A stretch of 64,000 nucleotides of DNA, from assembly GCA_049519355.1 (NCBI GenBank), contig JBEKQV010000001.1, forward strand, positions 64,688 to 128,687, in the 5' to 3' direction. Below are positions 56,131 to 64,000 of the stretch, one piece after another (positions within the stretch are counted from its first letter, which is position 1; the number at the start of each line of letters is the position of its first letter). A program made the translations under genes and the position numbers. The notes beneath the pieces were generated by a model. That model was given only the letters and a program-made list of their open reading frames with translations, did no database searches and was not told the DNA's origin. Source of the stretch: Candidatus Microgenomates bacterium (GTDB taxonomy: Bacteria > Patescibacteriota > Microgenomatia > UBA8517).

Positions 56131-57861
56131 ATGGCATTGCTACTGCTATTCGCTTTCATATCCGGACTCGTGACAATTCTGGCTCCGTGCATTTGGCCAC
56201 TTCTCCCAATTGTTCTATCATCGGCAATCGCGGGCCACGGACACAAACGTCCGCTGGGAATTACCCTCGGAATTATAATTAGCTTCGCCGTATTCACTTT
56301 GGCAATTTCCACTTTGGTCCGAGTTTTCCATCTGGACGCCAATGTTCTCAGAATTGTTGCAGTAATTATTATCGCCGGACTGGGCCTAACGATGGTTTTT
56401 CCGGCACTTTACACAAAATTTGAGATATTGGTAACTAAACTTGGAAACATCTTCGGAGCGAACAAGGGCCATGAAGGCAACGACTTTTTACCGGGACTTG
56501 TTACCGGACTTTCCCTTGGAATCCTTTGGACCCCGTGCGCAGGACCTATTCTCGCCACGGTTGCCGTTCTAGCCGCAACAGGAAAAATCAGCATGGATGT
56601 AATTTTGGTAACAGTTTCTTACTGTATTGGGGTGGGAGTTCCGCTTTTTATTTTTGCTTACGGCGGACAAAAAATTATTTCAAAACTTAAAGGAGTTTCG
56701 CGTTATACCGGAAGAATCCAACAAATATTCGGAGTCATTATGATTCTTGCGGCAATTGCAATTTACACAAATTATGACCAGACACTCCAGTTAAAACTTG
56801 TTAACACATTTCCTTCATTCGGCAATGCCGTTAACGGCTTTGAAAGTAGCACGCTTGTAACAAATCAACTAAACATTCTCAAGGGAATGACGCCCGCCCC
56901 GGTTTCCGAAGTTACTGGGCTTTTCAATACTGATATTCCAGCACCGGATTTTACCGGAATCACCAACTGGCTCAATACGGACAAACCAATTTCAATTAAG
57001 GATTTAAAAGGAAAAGTCGTACTTGTAGATTTCTGGACTTACACCTGTATAAATTGCATCCGGACGCTTCCCCATATCACCGCCTGGTACAACAAATATA
57101 AAGATCAGGGATTTATTGTGATCGGCGTTCATACTCCAGAGTTCCAGTTTGAACATAATACGGGGAATGTCGAAAACGCAATAAAAATGTATAACATCAC
57201 TTACCCTGTTGCCCAGGACAATAATTATTCAACCTGGAATGCCTACAGCAACGAATATTGGCCTGCCGACTATCTTATAGACACAAACGGAAATATCAGA
57301 CGCACCGACTTTGGTGAAGGAAATTACTCCGAAACCGAAATGGCAATTCAGGAACTTTTGAAGGAGGCCGGACAAAAAGTGAATACACCGCTTACAAATA
57401 TTCCGGACCAAGCACCAACCACAGAGATTTCCCCGGAAACATACTTGGGGTCGTCACGGATGCAATTTTACTATCCTTCGGGAAGTTTGGGCAATGGAAC
57501 TCAAACACTTACCCTCTCAGATAATATAACTCAAGACAGTTTTAGTTATGGCGGAACTTGGACAATAAGTAACGAGTATTCAACATCGGGCGTCAACGCC
57601 ACTATTAATTACAATTTCAAAGCAGGTAAAGTATTTATCGTTTTGCATCAGGGCAGTACGGCTGGAAAAATTAAAGTCTACCTCGACGGAAAGGTAGTTG
57701 GTCCGGCTCAATCAGGAACTGACGTCAAAAACGGAATAATAACGGTTGATTCTAATAGACTATACAGCGTTATCGATCTAAAAGGTAAAACGGAAAATCA
57801 CATTCTTAAACTTGAATTCCAAACCTCCGGAATCCAAGTTTATACCTTTACCTTCGGATAA
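56131..57861 (+). CDS. dipZ: DipZ-type cytochrome c biogenesis protein (DsbD TM domain + thioredoxin + C-terminal domain)
   Basis: LAPCI.P, WTPCAGP, DFWTYTCINC, GVHTPEF, SPETYLG. Confidence 0.9.
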   Translation: MALLLLFAFISGLVTILAPCIWPLLPIVLSSAIAGHGHKRPLGITLGIIISFAVFTLAISTLVRVFHLDANVLRIVAVIIIAGLGLTMVFPALYTKFEILVTKLGNIFGANKGHEGNDFLPGLVTGLSLGILWTPCAGPILATVAVLAATGKISMDVILVTVSYCIGVGVPLFIFAYGGQKIISKLKGVSRYTGRIQQIFGVIMILAAIAIYTNYDQTLQLKLVNTFPSFGNAVNGFESSTLVTNQLNILKGMTPAPVSEVTGLFNTDIPAPDFTGITNWLNTDKPISIKDLKGKVVLVDFWTYTCINCIRTLPHITAWYNKYKDQGFIVIGVHTPEFQFEHNTGNVENAIKMYNITYPVAQDNNYSTWNAYSNEYWPADYLIDTNGNIRRTDFGEGNYSETEMAIQELLKEAGQKVNTPLTNIPDQAPTTEISPETYLGSSRMQFYYPSGSLGNGTQTLTLSDNITQDSFSYGGTWTISNEYSTSGVNATINYNFKAGKVFIVLHQGSTAGKIKVYLDGKVVGPAQSGTDVKNGIITVDSNRLYSVIDLKGKTENHILKLEFQTSGIQVYTFTFG

Positions 57862-57890
57862 TGCTTTTGGTGTAATATACTTGCAGAAAC

Positions 57891-58925
57891 ATGTCCCCTA
57901 AAAAGATTTTTATCTTGGTTGCAATTTTAATTGTGCTGGGCGGATTTTTTCTAATTAAACCGTTCTCGGAAAAAAGCATTAAATACCCATCACAAACAAT
58001 CCCGGCACCCACTCTTCAGAAAAGTTGTCCTCCAGGATTCATAAAAGTTCCGGGAAACTCGAATTACTCCACAAGTGACTTTTGTTTAATGAAATATGAT
58101 GCCAAATGCGATAACCCCAACCCAAAATGTATTACAAAAGAAGGAGTTTACAGAAATGACTTACCGGGGTGCTCATGCCAGGGAAATTTCCAGGTAGTTT
58201 CTACCGCAAGCGGTGCCCCTATCACTTATATTCCTGAAGATGACGGAACCAACCAAAATGCAATCACATACTGTAAAAATGCCAGTTGGCACTTGGTTAC
58301 GAACAACGAATGGATGACAGTTGCAAGAAATGTAGAAACCGTTTCCGCAAACTGGTGTAACAAAGACGGGACCGGATGCGGGTATTCTCCCGGAGCTCCC
58401 GGTAAAATTTTAGTCAACGGACACAATGACAGCAGTCCCAATTACGCCCTACCCGAATCAACCGACGATAAACCATGTTTTGGAACAACAACGGACGGAA
58501 CAAATGTTTGCGGTGATAAAAGTTCTCAAAAACGGACTCTAACTTTGACCAACGGCGAGGTGATTTGGGATCTTGCCGGTAATGTCTGGCAATGGATCGA
58601 TGCAGAAATTGCAAGAAAAGATGAGCCACGTACTATAGTTCCAGGTGAAGGAAATCTACGTTGGACGTGGGGAGAATTTCAAACCGTCCCATATAGCAAC
58701 GATTATAGTTCTTCAAACCCTGCATGGAATTCAACTCAGGGTATAGGCAAAATCTATCACTACAACTCCATCGGCGATAAAGATACAACCCTCTACACTT
58801 ATATCCGGGCGGGCAACTGGAGACATGGTTATGATAGCGGGGTTTTTACGATCCATATGAGTCCTGTTGCTTCAAAAACCGGGATAGATGATGTAGGTTT
58901 CAGGTGTGCCGTGGACCTGAAATGA
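57891..58925 (+). CDS. Membrane-anchored C-type-lectin/FGE-fold protein
   Basis: CPPGFI.VPG, FCLMKYDAK, IWDLAGNVWQW, RAGNW...VGFRC. Confidence 0.8.
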   Translation: MSPKKIFILVAILIVLGGFFLIKPFSEKSIKYPSQTIPAPTLQKSCPPGFIKVPGNSNYSTSDFCLMKYDAKCDNPNPKCITKEGVYRNDLPGCSCQGNFQVVSTASGAPITYIPEDDGTNQNAITYCKNASWHLVTNNEWMTVARNVETVSANWCNKDGTGCGYSPGAPGKILVNGHNDSSPNYALPESTDDKPCFGTTTDGTNVCGDKSSQKRTLTLTNGEVIWDLAGNVWQWIDAEIARKDEPRTIVPGEGNLRWTWGEFQTVPYSNDYSSSNPAWNSTQGIGKIYHYNSIGDKDTTLYTYIRAGNWRHGYDSGVFTIHMSPVASKTGIDDVGFRCAVDLK

Positions 58926-58950
58926 ACCCGATTTTATGGTATAATGAGTT

Positions 58951-59124
58951 ATCAACAATAAGTTTTCGGTAAACAAACTCGTCGAAGCTCTCGTCAAAAA
59001 GGGCGGACATGTAGACAAATACTACCTCCAAGAGTGGAATAAAAATAAGCATGCCGTTGTTTTTCTTCACGGTTGGTTCGGCGGCAAAAATATTCGCGAG
59101 GCCCTGACAAAAGCCTTAACCTGA
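58951..59124 (+). CDS. Putative 57-aa protein with ATC at the start position, not in ORF track
   Basis: INNKFSVNKLVEALVKKGGHVDKYYLQEWNKNKHAVVFLHGWFGGKNIREALTKALT; TATAAT at 58940-45. Confidence 0.5.
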   Translation: MNNKFSVNKLVEALVKKGGHVDKYYLQEWNKNKHAVVFLHGWFGGKNIREALTKALT

Positions 59125-59135
59125 AAACAAATAAT

Positions 59136-59387
59136 ATGATTACCGATAGCACAAGTATTTGCATCAAGTGCGGTAAGCAGAGAATCGTAATAGCTACACA
59201 CAAAGAAAAAGTAGGCAATGCCTTTGTTATATACAAAGAAACAATATGCCCCGATCCGGACTGCCAAAAGAACGTGGAAAAAATTCTTGCCCAGGAAAAA
59301 GAAAAAAGGCAGCAATCAATGTCGAATCAAAGACTCCGTATCGCCGAAAGAGCTTCGGCAAAAATAGCTTTATCTAGAAACGCGTAG
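59136..59387 (+). CDS. Small zinc-ribbon protein with basic helical tail
   Basis: CIKCGK...CPDPDC. Confidence 0.7.
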   Translation: MITDSTSICIKCGKQRIVIATHKEKVGNAFVIYKETICPDPDCQKNVEKILAQEKEKRQQSMSNQRLRIAERASAKIALSRNA

Positions 59388-59967
59388 AAAGCTGAATAAT
59401 TGTGTGGCTTGGCATCTCAAACCAAAAAGAAGGTCCTACACTCCCACCGCCTTTAACCGTATTAAAAACAACAAGATCAATTCCTCCCCACCCTGTTGCA
59501 TCCTCAATAGTAAGGTTTGGATATTTACCGGCAAATAAATATGTAATGTTGGCCGTTTGCTCATTTTGGGTCGAAGGATCTCCGCTTGCCGTCAAAACAA
59601 AAAAACTTTCTCCCGCAGGGCCGGTCTCTTTCAGAAGAACATATTTATTGTCTGGCGAAAAGGCATTGAGAGGTATCGAAAAAGAAATTGAGGGATCAAC
59701 GGTTTTTGTAAATATTTCTTTTCCCGCAACAGAGAAAGAATACGTCGTTTCCGTACCCGTCTTTGAAGTCTTCATTGATAATGTTTGTGTACCGTCAGGA
59801 GAGTCAACACTTTTTAGTTGGGAAGCCTCAGCCGGAGGAATCTCCGATTGCGGAGAAGGTGTAACTGTACTTTTAGTTTTAAGATAAATGTTGGCTACAA
59901 TTAAAGCCGCAATTACAATAATCAGAAAAATTAACAGTACTTTCTTGGACACCATTTTAGTATACAA
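59374..59967 (-). CDS. Hypothetical membrane-anchored protein
   Basis: N-terminal TM; SPDG/SPDN beta-propeller-like motifs. Confidence 0.7.
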   Translation of the reverse strand: MYTKMVSKKVLLIFLIIVIAALIVANIYLKTKSTVTPSPQSEIPPAEASQLKSVDSPDGTQTLSMKTSKTGTETTYSFSVAGKEIFTKTVDPSISFSIPLNAFSPDNKYVLLKETGPAGESFFVLTASGDPSTQNEQTANITYLFAGKYPNLTIEDATGWGGIDLVVFNTVKGGGSVGPSFWFEMPSHTIIQLSTRF

Positions 59968-59968
59968 A

Positions 59969-61003
59969 TCAACCCGTTAAGATGTAAAGCTTTGGAATCT
60001 TATGAATAATAAAAGCCAGCAAAAATGATATTCCTCCAACAAGTACAAAAAAGATCGGGTCAAAAAATATTTTGCCGAAGATATTTCCGCTAAAGAGATT
60101 AAAAAGATTTTTCCCGATAAGCGACCACGTAGCTTCAAGGACAATAACATGAATTAGAAATACAAGGAACGAAAGTTTTGAAAGTTTTTCAGCCCAGGAA
60201 AATTGAAATTTTGGTTTCTCAAAAAGATAAAATAGTATTAAGCCGACAAAAATCGTATATATTAGTACACTCGGACGCCACTGAGAGTAATAAGCCAAAT
60301 AATTTCCTGTTGAAAGATAACCGCTTCTTCCTTCCCAAAAAACATAAATTCCTATTAATGCCGAAACCGCAACCAAAAAATATCTCCATTTGCGAACAAA
60401 TAAATTTATCTTTTCCCTGTTTCTTGCCGCAACAATTCCGGCGATGAAAAAGAAGTATGCAAGAATTGCGATGTGAATTGGGTCGGCAAATCTAAATTGT
60501 TTTATAAAATAATCCTGATACAAAAGCCACATTTGTAAAACAAAGAGCAAAAAGAAAAAGACTTTGTTTGAAATAACTTTGTAGATTTTATGGAAAAAAG
60601 GAAAGGCTAAATAAAAAATGCAAAGAGTTGGAATAAAATATAACTGATAAGAAGCGTCCCCTTTTAAAAGTACCTGGATAAAATTCTCATGGTTTTGGGT
60701 ATATACGAAAAGGTAATAGATAGCACTCCAAAAAACATATGGAATAAAAATTCTGGCGAAACGTTTTTTAATAAACGAAAAATAGCCTAACTTTTGGTCA
60801 AAACTAACCTCCAACACAAATCCTGAGATAATAAAGAAAAGAGGTACTGCAAAACGGGCAACCTGATTCAAAAAAATACTTACCGAGAAACCAATAAGAT
60901 TAAATTTTGCGGCTTCTAAAGTCCGTGTAGTTGTGTGAACAACAACTACCGCCAAAATAGAAATCACTCTTAAAAAATCAATTGATTTTACGTAAGTCTT
61001 CAT
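59969..61003 (-). CDS. Acyltransferase family 3 protein
   Basis: IDFLR.ISI..VV..H, FAVPLFFIISG, YQLYFI. Confidence 0.88.
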   Translation of the reverse strand: MKTYVKSIDFLRVISILAVVVVHTTTRTLEAAKFNLIGFSVSIFLNQVARFAVPLFFIISGFVLEVSFDQKLGYFSFIKKRFARIFIPYVFWSAIYYLFVYTQNHENFIQVLLKGDASYQLYFIPTLCIFYLAFPFFHKIYKVISNKVFFFLLFVLQMWLLYQDYFIKQFRFADPIHIAILAYFFFIAGIVAARNREKINLFVRKWRYFLVAVSALIGIYVFWEGRSGYLSTGNYLAYYSQWRPSVLIYTIFVGLILFYLFEKPKFQFSWAEKLSKLSFLVFLIHVIVLEATWSLIGKNLFNLFSGNIFGKIFFDPIFFVLVGGISFLLAFIIHKIPKLYILTG

Positions 61004-61042
61004 TAGCGGATCGTAATCAAAAAGATACGTTTCGGAATAGTA

Positions 61043-62056
61043 CTATTTCATATAACGGTTAAAAAAGCTAATTGTTCTCTGCATTGCAGTTGAAAAACTT
61101 TGATTTATATCATGGTTGCTGCCGGGGTACGAGTAGTAGACAACAACTTTTCCTGCATTTTTCATCCTATTGTAAAGTCCTTGGGAAAAATCGGGGGGAA
61201 CTTGAGTATCAGCCAAACCTACATCAATTTGAACAGGAGCTGTTATATCTTTCAAAAAACTATTTGGGTCAACCGAATTCCAAAACGCAGGATCTGTTTG
61301 GGGTGTGCCATATTCCCCCTCCAGTGTATTGAGATTTTGGAGCCTTAAAGCCATATCTTCGGCTGTAGGCTGATAACTTACCCTGTTTTGCCAATTATTA
61401 ATAATGTCGTTGTATGTACCCACCACCCCGCCCCAAATTACCGCCGCTTTGATATCAGTTCGGTTTATAACAATATCTTTTAGTGTAATTTGCCCACCCA
61501 TTGAATGACCCCAAACTCCGATTTTAGCCGGATTTGCACCAGGGTATTTCTTAATTGAAGCAATTGCATTCAAATCGTCAATCGTATAGTCGGGAGAATA
61601 ATACGTACTTGTCGGACTGCCCTCGGATTTCCCGTTACCACGATAATTCGGTTTAAAAACAATATAACCGTTTCTTGCGAATGCATCCGCATATGCAACG
61701 TAATTCCCATCGGGAGTATATAGCTCCGGGGTAATATAACCATGATTAAAAATAATTACCGGCCAACCGTTAATAGGTTTAATTCCCTTCGGAATTAAAA
61801 GCAGAGCATAGATCTTAAGTCCATCGGATTCGTATGAAGCGATAAATCTATTGTAAGTAGGCATTGGAGAGAGGGTCTGCTCGATTGTAATATCACTCCC
61901 AGGATAATTTCTTTGCCTCATAGCCTGAATAGATAACGGGTTTAGCGGAATAGAGGGAGTTGGTTGTACTATCAATTGTGGAGATAAATGGAACAGACCT
62001 CCAACGATAGAGATAAAAGTCAAAATCTGCGTAATAATGATCTGAAAAACATTCAC
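61043..62056 (-). CDS. Alpha/beta hydrolase (S9 peptidase-like)
   Basis: HGY, PNYRGNG.SEG, GHSMGG, D..VP, NH. Confidence 0.88.
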   Translation of the reverse strand: MNVFQIIITQILTFISIVGGLFHLSPQLIVQPTPSIPLNPLSIQAMRQRNYPGSDITIEQTLSPMPTYNRFIASYESDGLKIYALLLIPKGIKPINGWPVIIFNHGYITPELYTPDGNYVAYADAFARNGYIVFKPNYRGNGKSEGSPTSTYYSPDYTIDDLNAIASIKKYPGANPAKIGVWGHSMGGQITLKDIVINRTDIKAAVIWGGVVGTYNDIINNWQNRVSYQPTAEDMALRLQNLNTLEGEYGTPQTDPAFWNSVDPNSFLKDITAPVQIDVGLADTQVPPDFSQGLYNRMKNAGKVVVYYSYPGSNHDINQSFSTAMQRTISFFNRYMK

Positions 62057-62063
62057 TCTTTAA

Positions 62064-63239
62064 TTATATCGACCTTTTATAAGGTAAAACCAGAAGAGAA
62101 ATACTTCCGAGTAGTACAAATGCTCCGGCAGTGAGAAATACGGCGGGGTGACCTACTTTGTCATAAAGTAATCCGGCGGTGATACTTGCAATGAGGCCAG
62201 AAATGCCAACTGTAGCATTATATAAGCCAATACTGCTGGCACGAAGTTCTTGCGGAACAAAATCCGCCGCAAATGCTTTTCCTACAGCTCTGAAAATACC
62301 GGAAAAAGTCCCATAAAGAGCAAAAAGAAGGGCAATTACCAAAAAACTATGAGTGAAGGCAAAACCGATAAGTGCAACCAAAAACGCCAAAAAAGAAGTC
62401 AGAAGAACATTTTTTCGACCAAAACGGTCAGATAGTGTTCCTGATGGAAAAGAAACAGCTGCAGCAATGAAATTAAAAACTGCATAAATCAAAATTGTTC
62501 CTATCAACGAAATCCCCACGGCCCTTGTTTGCAGAATCATGAATGAGCTACTGATATTCCCAATTCCAAAAAGCGCGGTAACACCAATGTATTTCCAGTA
62601 AGATTTCGGAAACTTTTTGAAGTTAACATCCAGTTTATATTTGGATTTAAATCCATCCGATTTTTCCTTTACAAAAAGAACCATAATAACAGCTAAAGTT
62701 CCCGGAATTATTGCCAGATAAAAAATATTTCTTATAGGAATCTTGAAGTAAAAAAGCAAAATTACGGCGAGGATTGGACCCAAAAATGCTCCCATATTAT
62801 CTCCGATTCCCTCCAAACCAAAAGCTTTACCCCTGTGAGCCTCATCGGCTGAACCCGCAACCAGTGCATCACGAGGAGCCGATCGGGTACCAGTTCCAAA
62901 CCGGTCGACAACACGCGCAGCGAAAACCCCCTGCCAAATATTAGAAAGTCCCATGAAGGGTTTGGATATTGCGGCAATTGTATAACCAACAATCGCCAAA
63001 GATTTCCTCGTATGGATTTTATCCGATAACCATCCCGCGAACCCTTGTTCAATATTCTGCGTTGCATTAGCTACTCCCTCAATAAGCCCGACTATGCTGC
63101 CTCCCACCCCCAAATACTGAGTTAAAAAAATCGGAAGTATCGGGTAAAGCATTTCTGTGGAAATATCAGCAAAAAGAGAAGTGAAGGTCAAAAGAAAAGT
63201 ATTTTTGGTTAAACCTTGAAAATATTTTTTCTCAGACAT
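62064..63239 (-). CDS. MFS transporter
   Basis: SLFADISTEM.YP, GWLSDK..RK, DRFGTGTRSAPRDAL; start moved to ATG 63239. Confidence 0.9.
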   Translation of the reverse strand: MSEKKYFQGLTKNTFLLTFTSLFADISTEMLYPILPIFLTQYLGVGGSIVGLIEGVANATQNIEQGFAGWLSDKIHTRKSLAIVGYTIAAISKPFMGLSNIWQGVFAARVVDRFGTGTRSAPRDALVAGSADEAHRGKAFGLEGIGDNMGAFLGPILAVILLFYFKIPIRNIFYLAIIPGTLAVIMVLFVKEKSDGFKSKYKLDVNFKKFPKSYWKYIGVTALFGIGNISSSFMILQTRAVGISLIGTILIYAVFNFIAAAVSFPSGTLSDRFGRKNVLLTSFLAFLVALIGFAFTHSFLVIALLFALYGTFSGIFRAVGKAFAADFVPQELRASSIGLYNATVGISGLIASITAGLLYDKVGHPAVFLTAGAFVLLGSISLLVLPYKRSI

Positions 63240-63270
63240 ACTTAAGATATATGGTAACATAATTATAAGA

Positions 63271-64000
63271 ATGGAAATAAAAAATAAAATCGCAATTGTT
63301 ACCGGAGCAACTAGCGGTATCGGGCTTGCAACGGCAAAGCTCCTAGCTGAGGAGGGAGCCAAAGTTGCACTTGTCGCAAGAAATGAAGTAAAACTTGCCG
63401 CTATTTCAGCTCAAATTCCCGACTCGATGTTTATAAATGCAGATATGAGTAAAGGAGAAGAAATAAAATATATGATTTCTGAAGTCTATAAACATTTTGG
63501 AAAGATTGATATTTTGATTAATTGTGCGGGACAAGGATACGATTCCCCAATCGAAAAAACAGATATTCCAACCTTCCGGAAAATTTTAGATTTGGACGTT
63601 ATGGGCCCTGTTATCGCAATGGAGAAAGTTATTCCAATTATGAAAAAGGAAGATGGCGGAAGTATTATCAATATCAGCTCCGGTACAGCTTTAATGGCAC
63701 TTCCCAATAATGCAGCATACTCGGGAGCGAAGCGGGCCCTCGCACAAATCAGTTTAGTTGCTCGGGAAGAACTGAAAGATAGTGGTATTAAAGTCAGCGT
63801 TGTTTATCCATATATTACTAAGACAGCTTTTGAAATAAATACAATTAGAGACAAATCGATTAAAGAGACGCCTGGTGAAGCAGAGGCCGGAGGCCCTCAA
63901 CCGCCGGATTCCGCCGAATTTGTTGCAAATGTTATTGTTGAGGGAATCAAATCGGGAGAAGCTGAAATTTATGCACATGATTGGATGAAAAATATGAAGC
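63271..64000 (+). CDS. SDR family oxidoreductase, runs off window end
   Basis: Manual translation: IVTGATSGIG, IDILINCAG, YSGAK. Confidence 0.88.
   Translation, partial: MEIKNKIAIVTGATSGIGLATAKLLAEEGAKVALVARNEVKLAAISAQIPDSMFINADMSKGEEIKYMISEVYKHFGKIDILINCAGQGYDSPIEKTDIPTFRKILDLDVMGPVIAMEKVIPIMKKEDGGSIINISSGTALMALPNNAAYSGAKRALAQISLVAREELKDSGIKVSVVYPYITKTAFEINTIRDKSIKETPGEAEAGGPQPPDSAEFVANVIVEGIKSGEAEIYAHDWMKNMK

Overview
This 64 kb window looks like part of a reduced bacterial genome, probably Patescibacteria/Microgenomates. That assignment is an inference from class I LysRS, compact overlapping genes, -10 boxes directly before start codons and the gene set. About 1-39 kb is cell-envelope glycosylation plus housekeeping genes: GT2/GT-C glycosyltransferases, trmD, rfbF/G/C/D, galU, galE, ftsEX, prfB, tgt, secA, rarA, serS, lysS, greA, tRNA-Glu, lon with a CIRCE operator, and dgkA. 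From about 40.8 kb to tRNA-Gln(CTG) at 52.6 kb lies an accessory island divided into cassette-like units by 6-7 direct copies of a ~39 bp element (GCTGAGCATCATGGTCT-N-GATCCCATAACC); no integrase is visible in the window. The largest unit carries a GC-richer operon led by Shine-Dalgarno sites. It encodes an RNHCP protein, a B12-dependent radical SAM enzyme, a radical SAM/SPASM enzyme with a C-terminal PqqD/RRE-like domain, and a radical SAM enzyme fused to a YkgJ-like Cys-cluster domain. These are followed by an unannotated 25-aa Lys-rich peptide (MSKCKAVLDSKKIKKIVVKKAPAKK) and a strong terminator. This is the best candidate for an undescribed RiPP-like system. A putative terminator/antiterminator leader precedes greA. 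All product calls come from motif recognition by eye; no database searches were run.
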